Source: Eledone cirrhosa
Lineage: Eukaryota
Direction of reading: 5' to 3'
Length of the DNA stretch: 64,000 nt
Assembly: GCA_964016885.1 (NCBI GenBank)
Contig: OZ024747.1
Span: 18,786,001-18,850,000, forward strand
Shown here: positions 12,672-64,000 of the stretch, one piece after another
Position numbering within the stretch: position 1 is the stretch's first letter
How the letters are laid out: every line of letters starts with the position of its first letter
The notes under the pieces: model-generated
The model's input: only the letters and a program-made list of their open reading frames with translations
Told to the model about the DNA's origin: nothing
Databases searched by the model: none
Position numbers and translations under genes: made by a program

Positions 12672-12717
12672 TTGTCTGATGAACCTGTGATAAACAGGTG
12701 AAGCCCCAGAGTAACAA
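12672..12717 (+). ncRNA. Degenerate type I hammerhead motif
   Basis: UUGU-CUGAUGA-ACCUGU(GAUAA)ACAGGU-GAAG-CCCCAGAG-UA-ACAA; perfect stems I and II, but GAAA is changed to GAAG. Confidence 0.6.
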
Positions 12718-13585
12718 AACTCACTATTTAGCCATTATAAAATGAATATTTGCACTCTACTCTGGTATTGAGAACTCTTTTCTCTCAGCCATCAACCACA
12801 TAGGGATATATATTTATGTGTGCATATATATTTACTATATATATATATATATATATGCATATATATTTACAATACAAGACAGAAAAGATGAAAAGAACCA
12901 CCTATGGGAATCATACCACATATCTGTTTTATACCAAATGACTGCATTTCTGATTACACCAAAGAACCTCTGGCTGACTTCACCGATCAAATTGATACAT
13001 ATGAAAACTTAAATAAGCTAACATTGTTTATATCTGGTATATAACAGATATGTAATTTGATTTCCATAGGCAGTTTTGTAATCGTTTTTTTATATCACAT
13101 TGTACTTTAAAAATATATATCTATTATTTCTATTTATAAGACTATTGTACATTTTTATTAATATAACTGTCATGCACTGGGGTCGATTTAATAGATTTTC
13201 CCCTCCTCCAAAATTGCTGGGCTTGCGCCTAAGCCAGAAACCATTATTATTAATATAACTGCGATAAGGGTGGTGGATTGTTTGTATCGGTAGAACATTG
13301 GACACCATGCTTTGCAGCCCTTTACGTTCTGAATTCAAATCCTTCTGAGGTTAGCTTTGCCTTTCATCCTTATGGAGGGGTCGATAAAATAAAGTACCAG
13401 TAATGCACTGATATCGATTTAATCAACTTTCCCTTCACCACTAAAAAATTATTTGCCTTGTGCCTAAATCAGAAACCATTATTATAACTGCAATACAAAA
13501 TGCATTGTGTGTGTAAATTTTAAAAAGTTACAGATATTTATATATATATAAATAAATAAAGTAAATATGCCAGCAGTAATTTGTC

Positions 13586-13811
13586 TAACTCTTTAACATT
13601 TACATTACTCTATATATACTGTTGTATTTTCACAGTAAAGGCTTTATCTTACATAATATCTCACATAATGTTGAATCTATGAGATTTTGATAATATTTAA
13701 TTTGAGAACAATACCTTATCGTCAATATGAGTGGCCGGTTACAGCTGGTTTGAACAGAAATAGGTGAGAGAATTCGGGCCAGCTATGGCTGGTTTAAATG
13801 CTAAGGGGTTA
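13586..13811. mobile_element. piggyBac-like MITE copy
   Basis: same internal sequence as 35743-35945; ends taactctttaacattta / taaatgctaaggggttaa. Confidence 0.7.
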
Positions 13812-14489
13812 ATTGATTTTCAACTTCCACCTTACTTACCTTACTTAACATTAAGTTAAACCACCCACCTGGATTTGAATGCAGAATCACAAGGAAAGTG
13901 AATAGACACTCTTCTATACGTAAACTGATGTTGCACAGTGTCAACCATCTCTATCCACCCCCAACCCTTCCATTCACATTTTTGTTTTATATTCTCTTTT
14001 CTCATAAATTATTAATCATCTATATTTTTTTTATTCTCAAATATATTTTTTTTATTCTCCCATATCCCCCACCACCATGATGAAAGACTGCTTGGCTACT
14101 ATGTAGATCTCCGTATTACTTGAGGACTGATTGGAAACTGGTCTCATGAAATAAATAATAATTATGATATCTTTTGTCTCTGTGTTTCATTTAATTTCTT
14201 GTTGTGATGACTACCAATTCTTCTTATGCCTTTCTGGTGAAGGGGCGTAAGCTTATAGTGTACTACTACCACCCCATTCTGAATTGGAAACAGATCTCGT
14301 TAGAGTTGACTTTGTGTTCATCTTTCCCTTGGGCAATATAACCATCTATGCTTCTCTCTCCAGAATTTTGGTTTTGTGCTCATGTACAAAATAAAATATT
14401 TCTGTAAAAATCTATATATACATCATATATATATATATATATATATATGATGTATATATAGATTTTTACAGAAATATTTTATATATATA

Positions 14490-14545
<56 letters not shown>

Positions 14546-16823
14546 AGAAAAAGGTGATGATGAGGTGATGGTAATGATAAACAAGATTTCTTTCTCTATA
14601 GTATTCAAATTTTTTTATTTTTTAAGAATTAATTTATGATTGAATGAAAAATACATGTTTATATATTTTTAACCCTTTAAACACCAACCTACCTAAAACT
14701 GCCTCAAAGTGTTCAAATTTCAATTCAAACCTCAAACTGAAATCTCATTATCATATGACAAATAACATTAGATTTCAGTAGTTAAATAATTATCTTTTGT
14801 TATGTTGAAATTTAGTTTATATCACTAAATTGCTTATAACTGTTGACTATTTTGATATTAAAACAGAACGGCAGTATAATCTTGTTAGAAATATGGTCAT
14901 GAAAGGGTTGAAGGATGTGTAGATGCAAGCACGAAGTCATTCTCTTTCATCAATGTAATTTTGTGTCTACATCCACACTTACTTTGAAAATATAAAGCAT
15001 ATATTCTTTTTACATTTTTATTGTTCTACATCAGGGATCAACAACTTCTTTTTGTAATAGCCCACTTTTCTGGAGCTTTTTTTTTTTTAGTTTTGTCCAT
15101 GGCTCACATTTATATTATATCACATCTTACATATAAAACTTTGAAAAGATTCAAGGCATACAGAGCATTAGACAAACTACTTTGCGGTATTTGTTACAAG
15201 TCTATATATTCTAAATTCAAATCTCATAAAGGTCAACTTTGCCTTTCATCCTTTCAAGGGTAAGTAAAATAAAGTACCAATATATTACAGTGGTTGATAT
15301 AATCAACTTTCCCTACCCCACAAATTCAAGACATTGTTCCTAAATTAGAAATCATTATTACTTGCTGAGTTCAAATCCCACCGAGATCAACTTTACCTTT
15401 CATTCTTCCAGGGCTGATATAATAAAATACCAGTCATGCACTGGGGTCGATTTAATTGACTTACCCCTCTCCTAAAATGGCTGGTTTTGTGCCTAAATTA
15501 GAAAACATTATTAGTTCAAATCCCACCAAAGTCAATTTTACTTTTCATTCTTCCAGGGTTGATAAAATAAAATACCAGTCAAGCAGTTTATCTCTCACCC
15601 CAAATTGCTGACCTTGTGCTTAAATTAGAAACCATTATTATTAGTAATTAGAGTGGAGGATTGGTAGAATCATTAGAGCAAGCAACAAAATGTCTTACAG
15701 TATTTGTTTTGGTTCTTTATGTTAAGAAACCATAGAAAAAAGGGACAAGAAAACTAATCAGTTGGCAATTTCTCTAGTGTTGGTGACATGATAAAATGCA
15801 CCCAGTACACTCTGTAAAGTGGTTGGTAATAGGAAGGGCATCCAGTTATAGAAAATTTGCCTAACAAAGACTCAAAAAGACAATTCAGTTGTGTCAAAGA
15901 CGTGGCAACCTCCCTGGTGCTGGTACCACAATAAAATGTACTTTGTGCATGCTGCTGAGACTGAGTACAGTAACTCCAAATAAGTATTAATTTGGTCTGT
16001 GACAACCACCGAACCCTTGCTAACAGGGAAAATAGACATCAAATGATATGATGAACTTTGCCTGTTGTCCTTCTATAGTCAATAAAAGTACCAATCAAGT
16101 ACTGGAGTTGATTTAATCAACTAACCACTCTTACCTAAATTATTTATCTTGTGCCTATGTTAGAAATATCATCATTATCATCCCCACCATTGTTTTACAT
16201 CTGTTTTCAATGTTGGCATGGGTTTGATGGGTTATCACAGTAAGACTAGATGTTGCAGAGGACCACATACTGTTCATACATTCCATTTTGGCATAATTGC
16301 TATTACTTGATGCCTTTCCTAATTCCAACCACTTTACAGAGTGTACTGGGTGCATTTTATCATGGTACCAACACTACCTCTTTATTTCTCAATAATAAAG
16401 AAATCCTTATTATTATTATTATCCACTTGTCACAAAGATGTGTTGCTGGTAATGTAATATTGATGCCAGCTGTCCACAACCAGTAGACTGAGGTGACACC
16501 GTCAATTGTCAAGGACTTTTCTAAGTATCCTAACAGTTTCAAGGGGTGTTTTTGTTTTTGTAAGGGCCTCACCCTGTTATTGGCCCCAATTTATCATTAT
16601 TTTATTATTATGACAGTCTATTAACAGAATAGTTAGAGCATTGAAGAAAATACTTTGCAGCATTTGTTCCAGCTCTCTACATTCTAAGTTCAAATCCTGC
16701 CAAGGTCAACTTTGCTTTTCATCCTTCTGGGTTGATATATTAAAGTATCTGTAAAATTCTGGGGGGGGCAATATAATCGACTTTCCCTTCCCACAAATTG
16801 CTGGCCCTGTGCCTAAACTAGAA

Positions 16824-16855
<32 letters not shown>

Positions 16856-19800
16856 AGGGCAGCGGATTGGCAGTATTGATAGTGCATCGGACAACATACT
16901 TTGCAGCATATAGTTACAATACTTTACGTTCTGAGTTCAAATCCCACCAAATCATCATCATTAACGTCATCATTTAATGTCCAGTTTCCTTGCAAGCAAC
17001 GATTAGATATGTTACTCTAATAAGTAGAGCCTCTGATCTTCAAGTGGGCCAGGGCTCCAACATGTGACATAGCACTCTACCGAGTGCAGTTTATCATGGC
17101 ACCAACACTGGGGAAATCATATAGTTGAGAGTACTGTGAAAAACACACTAGACCATAACTAGGGTGCCACAGATTATAACAGGTTAAACAAAAGCAATAA
17201 CAACAATAACAACAACATCAACAGCATCCTAAGTCACATATAAAGACTTAGTTACAATTTAAGATCTGAAATTTGTGGCCTTCATGGCTTTCCAGAAAAG
17301 AAAGAAAGAGAGAAGCAATGATAACAACAGGAAGGAGCTTCTATATGATCACTCACTCTGCTAGAAGTAACAGCTAAATCTCCCTCAAATCACAACCTAC
17401 TATCCTCATCATCATCCGGTTTTATCCATAGCAAATGTCTATGGCCAGATGCTCTTCCTGGCACCAACCCATACTTTCCAGTATAGTAGAGATTCACTGA
17501 CTTAATGATATTTTGGAGGTGAAGGCATACACAGACCTCATACATAAAAGAAGCCCATAAGTTGAATTATGAAATATTAGCTACACATTGTTTAAAACAA
17601 AATATGGGATGATTATGGCTGAAAGAAAGCCTTTGATCATAACTCCCCTAATCAGAAATGACTTGGTATTAAAAAAAGAGCATCAACAACATGAAAATTG
17701 TAGATTTAAAATTTTTTTTTGTTTTCCAGAAAATAGATATTCAGATTATTTTAGAAATAAGAGTAAATTGGAAACAGAACTAAGTGCTAAGAAAGAACTA
17801 GTCAAAAGTTATGAGCATGTCACTTAATAACTATTAACTCTTTTGATATCAACCAGCCTCTAGTACTATGGAAAAAAATGAAAAACCCACCCATTTTAAA
17901 AATGATAAAATGCTCTCAGTACATTCTCTAAAGTGGTTAGTATTAGGAAGGGCATCAAGCCACAGAAACCAAACCAAAAACAGAGCATACAAGCAAAATG
18001 CCATCACCTGACCATTCTAACCTATGCAAGCATGAAAAATAGATGTTAAACAGTGATGATGATGATTATTAAAATTTTGTTAGTGACACATAATTAATAG
18101 ATAAACAATTAAAGATAACATACCATGTCACCAGTCACATGTCTAATTATACAGTGTTGTCAGATCTCAAATATACTTCACAGCCAAATATTTGTAAAAA
18201 TGTGTCAGATTTGACTTAACTCATTAATATCCTGTAATTATTTTTCAGAAAATATTTTTAAAAACATGTTTGTTGACTTAAATGAAATGTTTATAGTATT
18301 AGTGGACAGATCTTTGTGATAATTACTTTAGTTTACTGCAAATTATCACATTAATCACATCAACATGTGATACTTGAAATGTATAATACAGCATTATGAT
18401 TACATCTCATTAAAAATTGAAGTCTTTACTTTAGTTTACTGAAAAAGACTTTAATTTTTAATGAGGTGAAGTCAGTGCTGTATGGTACATTTCAAGAATG
18501 GCTTATTAATGTGGCTTGATGCAGTACAGGACATGGCGAGTTAATTTCCAGGTACATCTAGATGTTATCAATGATACACTATAGTGTTGCAACTTAGTTT
18601 GGAAACCTCAGCCTTATACACACATTTGAGAGGAAAAAAACGAGGCATATGTATTTTTCTTGTAAGAATTTAGTGTATTAATTTGTTATTCTATTGACCC
18701 CAGAGAGATGAAAGCAGAAAAGAAGCAATACTATTTGAACCAAGATTAAATGCACTTATATACACAGGCTCATCGCCTATCTGATTTTTGCACCTCTAGT
18801 CTTCTATGAGGCTACATCTAACAGGTTTCTTCAGTGTTTTCATGATAAGAACCCCAGTCCTATCATGTCACTAGGTTTCCAATGACAGGGAGTAGGATTT
18901 GAACTTAAAATGCACAGGGCTGGAATATATAATGCAAAGCATCACATTCAACACTGGAACAATTCAGCCAATTCACTGCCCTAGGATTGTACTTCATTCA
19001 TCTACTCTGAATGGATGAAAGGAAACATTGACCTCAGCATGACTTGAACTCAGAACACAGGGAGCAGGAACAAGGTATTTAATCAGAGACTCTAAAGACT
19101 TTACCAATTCGTCTCCTTTGATTCCTAGTATCTGGGTAGAATTTCTTGCATAGATATGAAAGCTCAGATTTATATAGTTGTCTGTGTGAAAGGTTTGTAT
19201 ATTCATGTTTATTCTAATGGTATATAATAGGTGATGATAATAAAAGGACAACAAACAATTATACCAACACCAGAACATAACAGGTATACAACTAAGACCC
19301 ATAAAGAATGTTGACCACCACATCAATAATAGTAATAATTGTTTCTACTTTTGGCACAAGGCCAGCAATTACCCAGTGCATTACTGGTACTTTATTTTAT
19401 CGACCCCGTAAGTCGATAATAGTAATAATTGTTTCTAACATAGGCACAATGTCAAAGATTTGAGTAGGCGTTAGTTACATAAATCAACCCCAGTTGGTAC
19501 TTTATTTTATTGACTCTAAAAACTGCAGTAGAGGAAGGCCAAGAAAGATCTGGGTAGAAGTGGTGAGAGTGGATATCAAAATGCTGAACCTCACAGACGA
19601 GATGATGAAGGAACACAGTTGGCGGCGGGCAGCTGTGCTACGAAAAACTCATCTAATCCATACAAACATGGAAAAGAGGATGATGATGATGTATAGGATG
19701 AAAGGCAAAGCAAGAGCCAAACTAAATGCTGCAAAACATTTTGTCTGATGCTTTAATTCTGCAAATCCAATATTCATATAGATGGAGTGGTTTTGACTGG

Positions 19801-20715
19801 TAAATTAAGATAGAATGTATCCTTAATAGGAAACATGCTACTGTAGTTGTTGTTATTGTTGTATAGTGCCCACAACATTCTTGACCAAGCATAATAATAT
19901 CTATGAAATGTAGATAGTCACTTAACTCCATTGACAACCCTGACTGAACAAACCTATGATCAAAGCTGTTCCAGCCATGATCATCTAGTCCTGTAAGACA
20001 TAGTGTATTTAGGACATTAAAAATGTGTATCAACTCGGGCTACATTTGAGGTCATATGAATGATGGGATGTAACCCACAGATCAATTCCTTCAGATATAA
20101 TACAGTTGATCATATGACTGATGTTAGAGTTTTGTTGTACTTATCATCAGTACTGTTGATTGTGGGTAGCCTGAGTCAGTTCTGATTGGAAGAAAGACAC
20201 CCTAACTACTATATCAAAGTATCCAATCAAAACCAAGCATATTGTCTACCATTTATGTGGAGTTTTATTATTATTATTATTATATTGACATTGGTGAAAT
20301 ATATTACATATTTGGTCACCAGCCCTGAGAGGTTTTAGAACAGCAAAGTTTTGAAGCCCCATAAAACCTTTTCACCAACCAACCAGCTAATAACAAAACA
20401 TTATAAAGTTTGAACTCAGACCAGGACTCTGCCTTCAATGATATTTAGAAAGGTTTCAACTCGGACTAACAAGACTCTGTAGTTCTCTTCACTGACCCTC
20501 ATAGGGCTTAAACATAGAACCGGTAGGATTCTGTATATATATATATATATATTTATATAATCTCTCCTCAATAAACATGGACTAATCTGGTAGCTCCAGC
20601 ACTGAGCTGCTCCACTCAGCTCCCAGTTGACGACACTTTACTGCTGATGTCAACATTGATGTCGTTGTTTGTTGTTGTTGTTATGATCGCGGCTGTTGCC
20701 ATGAGCGTTATAGCT

Positions 20716-55502
<34,787 letters not shown>

Positions 55503-55529
55503 CTACAGATCAAACAGACAGAATGTCAC

Positions 55530-55955
55530 TAATAATAACAATAATAACAATAACAATAACAACAACAACAACAGCAGCAGCAGTTGCAACAACTGCAACA
55601 ATAAGCAGCAGTTAAAACAACAGCAGCAGCAGCAATAACAGTAACTGCAAAAACAACAACAGTAGCAGTTACAGCTACATCAACAACAGCAACAACAACA
55701 ACAGCCAAACCAACAACAGCAACAACAACAACAGCAACAACAACAACAGCAACAGCAACTGCAATAACAGCAAAAGCCACAACAACAACCATACTAACAA
55801 CAGCAACAACAACAACAGCCATACCAACAGCAACAACAACAGTTACAATAACGGCAACAACAACAGACATACCAACAGCAACAACAACAACAACAGCAGT
55901 TACAACAACAACAGCAGTAACAACAACAACAGTAGTAGCAACAGCAACAGCAACA
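55530..55955. repeat. (ACA/GCA)n trinucleotide repeat, intronic
   Basis: direct reading. Confidence 0.9.
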
Positions 55956-55976
55956 TTAATAATAATTCATAATTTA

Positions 55977-56708
55977 TGCCCAAGGCCAGCAATTTTGTGT
56001 GGTGAGGTGTGTTCATTCTATAGACCCCAAGAACTTACTGGTACTTTATTGTATCAACCTTTGTAGACTGAAAAGTAAAGTTGACCTCACCAACAATTGA
56101 ACACAATACATCAAGATCCAGAAGAAATACTCCAAAACATCTTTAGCCCTTTAACATTTACATTACTCTATATTTACTGTTGTATTTTCATGGTAAACAC
56201 TTTATCTCACATAAGGGCAGTTGCCCAAGGCCAGCAATTTTGTGTGGTGAGGTGTGTTCATTCTATAGACCCCAAGAACTTACTGGTACTTTATTTTATC
56301 AACCTTTGTAGACTGAAAAGTAAAGTTGACCTCACCAACAATTGAACACAATACATCCAGATCCAGAAGAAATACTCCAAAACATCTTTAGCCCTTTAAC
56401 ATTTACATTACTCTATATTTACTGTTGTATTTTCATGGTAAACACTTTATCTCACATAAGGGCAGTTGCCCAAGGCCAGCAATTTTGTGTGGTGAGGTGT
56501 GTTCATTCTATAGACCCCAAGAACTTACTGGTACTTTATTTTATCAACCTTTGTAGACTGAAAAGTAAAGTTGACCTCACCAACAATTGAACACAATACA
56601 TCCAGATCCAGAAGAAATACTCCAAAACATCTTTAGCCCTTTAACATTTACATTACTCTATATTTACTGTTGTATTTTCATGGTAAACACTTTATCTCAC
56701 ATAAGGGC
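55977..56708. repeat. 245-bp tandem triplication of a SINE-fragment/MITE junction
   Basis: ORFs 56097 and 56342 are near-identical and 245 bp apart; the unit joins a reverse Meta-SINE piece to the left end of the piggyBac-like MITE. Confidence 0.93.
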
Positions 56709-57459
56709 GGTGGATTGACAGTAGCGGTAGAGGGTCTGACGCCATGCTTTGCAGCATAGAATTACGTCCCTTTATGGTCTAAGTTCAAATCCCGCCGGGG
56801 TTAACTTTGCCTTTCAACCTTACAGGGTCGATAAAATAAAGTACCAGCAATGCACTGGGATAATTGCTGGCCTTGTGCCAAAAGTAGAAACAATAATTAT
56901 CCCACATGATATCGAATCTATGAGATTTTGATATTATTTATTTTGAGAAAAATAACTTAACATAACTATGAGCAGCTGGTTATGGCTGGTTTGAACAGAA
57001 AGAGACAAGAGAATTCTGGCCGGATACAACCGGTTTAAATGCTAAAGGGTTAACCAAGGCTCTAATTCTGCCAATCCACTGCTCAATAACAGCATTAGTA
57101 TTATTTAATAATAATAATAATAATTGTTTCTACTTTAGGCCAGCAATTACCCAGTGCATTACTGGTACTTTATTTTATCGACCCCGTAAGGATGAAAGGC
57201 AAAGTCAACCTCGGCGGGATTTGAACTCAGATCGTAAAAGGACGTAACTATGCTGGAAAGCATGGCGTCCGGCCCTCTACCGATACTGCCAATAATAATA
57301 ATGAAATTATTGTGTACAGTGCTCAGCTGCACTACAACTCATCAAAGGTGCATGTATAGTACATAGAACAATGTTCAAATGTCAGGAAAATGAACAGTGT
57401 ATGAGTGAGGCACAAGGCCAACAATTTTGGGGGAGTGTGCATATACATATCATCATCAT

Positions 57460-57797
57460 TCATCATTTCATTTTTACGTCCGCTTTTTCCCTGCTTGCAA
57501 GGGTGGGACGGGAACTGATGCTGGCTTGATTTCTACAGCTGGATGCCCTTCCTAACACCAACCTCATTTACAGTGAGTGCTGGGTGCTTTTTTGCCATGT
57601 CACCTCCACGACCACTTTACAGTGGAATGATAGGGACTCCAGTCCCTATCATCTCATTTCTACAGCTGAGTAAACTGGAGCAATGTGAAATAAAGTGTCT
57701 TGTTCAAGGAAACAACACATCACCCGGTCTGAGAATTGAACTCACAACCTTTCGATTGCAAGGCCAATGCTCTAACCACTAAGCCATGTGCCTCCAT
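57460..57797 (-). mobile_element. Same CORE-like SINE family copy
   Basis: near-identical to 26838-27181. Confidence 0.9.
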
Positions 57798-59420
57798 CTG
57801 AGTATGTATAAATGTGAATGTGTGTAATGTGTCTGTGAGTATGTGTGTGTGTAAATATGGATGTGTGAGCGTGTATAAGTGGGTGAAAGTACTTATGAGT
57901 ATGTGGACACATCTGGTGAGTGTGTATGTATGTATGCAGGTATGTATGTGAGCATATAAGTGTATATATACATAGGTAGTATATATGTCCACGTGCACAT
58001 GAGGGTCTGTGTGTGTGTTGGCTAGTGTGATAGCTGAAGCATGTCGGTGTGATTGATGTTCCGGAAAGTTCCATGAGCAGGAATAGCAGACTAGACAGAA
58101 AGGTGTAACATGTGGAGCCACATAGCAGATCAAAGAGGAATTATGAAGGAATTATGAAGGAATTATGAATCTCATAGGGTGGTGTGGTAGAGGAGAGGAG
58201 AGTGGAGGTGAGGAGATAAATACTGCTATGTAAGTATGTGGGCGTATGTGTGAGTATGTGAGTGTGCTTATATGTATGTGTCTGTGTGTATGTGTGAATA
58301 TATATAAGTGTGTTTATATGTGTGTATATATGTTTATATGTTTGTGTGTGTCTATGTATGTTTATATGTTTGTGTGTCTATGTATGTTTATGTGTGAATA
58401 TGTGTTTGAGTATGCATTTGTGTCTGAGTATATATGTGCATGTATGTGTATATATATATAATAATTGTTTCTACTTTAGGCACAAGGCCAGCAATTACCC
58501 AGTGCATTACTGGTACTTTATTTTATCGACCCCGTAAGGATGAAAGGCAAAGTCAACCTCGGCGGGATTTGAACTCGGATCGTAAAGGGGCGTAACTATG
58601 CTGGAAAGCCTGGCGTCCGACCCTCTACCGATACTGCCAATCCACCGCCCATATATATATATATAATAATAATAATAATAATGAAATTATTGTGTAAAGT
58701 GCTCAGGTGCACTACAACTCGTTAAAGGTGTATGTATAGTACATAGAATAATACACAAATGTCAGGGAAGTACATGTGTGTATGTGTTAGCTGTAGTGTT
58801 GGCGGATCTCGAGAAGCATGGAGGCCTTAAAGGATGCATGTGTATGTATGTGTATTTGTGTGTGTGTGTTCAATAAATTCATACAAGTAGGTTAAGAAGG
58901 CATGGTTAAGAAGTTAGTTTCTCAATCATGTGATTCTGAGTTCTAGTCTACTGCACATCATCCTGAAGCAAGTACATTCAATCTAGCATGGTCAACAGTC
59001 AAATGAGCTGCACATGGATGGTAGAGAGAACATTTAACTCTTTAACCCTTTCATTATCATATTTCAGCAGCACCCTAAAGACCAAAACTGGATATGGAAA
59101 GAATGAAAAGCAAAGCTAAATTAAGTGGGATTTGACCCCAGAATCTAAAGGGATGTAACTAAATACCACAAGGCATTTTAACCAATGCTTTGTTCTACTT
59201 CATAACACAGTAAATGGGACATTAGTTTCATAATTTAAATATTGATTTCTAATATAGCCCAGGGGAGGGGATAAGTCAATTATTTCAACCCCAGTGCGAG
59301 GCAGGTACTTTATTTTATTGATCTTGGAAGGATGAAAGACAAATTTGATTTCAGCTGGTTTTGAACTCAAAACATAAAGAACAAGAAGAAATACAGCAAA
59401 ACATTTCATCCAATGCTCTA

Positions 59421-59814
59421 ATCATCATCATCATCACCGTTTTATGTCCATTCTTCCATGTAGCATGGGTTAGACGGGTTGTCCTGTTGTGGGCAATGCT
59501 AGGTCAGGTGACCATGTCTTGCTCATACAGAACTGATTTTAGCTTGATTTCTACAGCTGGATGCCCTTCCTAACACCAACCTCATTTACGGTGAGTGCTG
59601 GGTGCTTTTTTCCCGTGGCACCTCCACGACCACTTTGCAGTGGAATGATAGGGACTCAAGTCTCTATCATCTCATTTCTACAGCTGAGTAAACTGGAGCA
59701 ATGTGAAATAAAGTGTCTTGCTCAAGGAAACAACACATCACCCGGTCTGAGAATTGAACTCACAACCTTTCGATTGCAAGGCCAATGCTCTAACCACTAA
59801 GCCATGTGCCTCCA
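59421..59814 (-). mobile_element. CORE-like SINE copy with a longer alternative tail
   Basis: same head and core; tail resembles 36500-36710. Confidence 0.85.
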
Positions 59815-60099
59815 TTATTGATATTAATATTTGAGGTGGTATGTATCCAGTTTAAAATAGGTACACTACATCCTTGCATGTCGTAAAAGGTAACTAAAAG
59901 GTTTAACACCAGAAATGGCAACCAGTCATTAAAACATTGCCTCAAAAATGACCCCACGATCAGTATAAAACCTGTCATGAAGCCCACAATTTTAACCCTT
60001 TCTTTAGCAGGGAAAATGGTCTTAAAATGCTTGAGGTTGTTTTGTTGTTGTTGTTGTTGTTGTTGTATTTATATTTCTTCTTCCTGCCATATTATAGTT

Positions 60100-64000
<3,901 letters not shown>

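Overview
AT-rich, microsatellite-dense eukaryotic genomic DNA. The SINE/RTE repertoire and (TA)n/(CA)n/(GAT)n density suggest an octopus (coleoid cephalopod); that assignment is inference. Two spliced genes lie tail-to-tail: the last four coding exons of an integrin alpha subunit on + (200-3399; calf-2, TM helix, GFFKR) and 18 coding exons of a single-PDZ LAP protein (Erbin/LRRC7/Lap1-like) on - (55502-20716; LRRs, LAPSD, long linker, PDZ), with consistent GT-AG phases throughout and the 5' exons not found in the window. The rest is repeats: tRNA-headed Meta-type and CORE-like SINEs, RTE LINE pieces, a Gypsy gag-pro-RT remnant, a Penelope-type GIY-YIG piece, a Helitron-like element, hAT- and piggyBac-like MITEs, and tandem arrays with 15, 78, 88, 102 and 245 bp units. 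The most unusual signal is a set of short fold-back elements and minimal hammerhead-ribozyme motifs in or next to (TA)n tracts (4617-4970, 11097, 12672, 26508, 31021, 36376, 37627, 41174-41433). These look like a Penelope/retrozyme-type system associated with microsatellites. Most listed ORFs are microsatellite artefacts.
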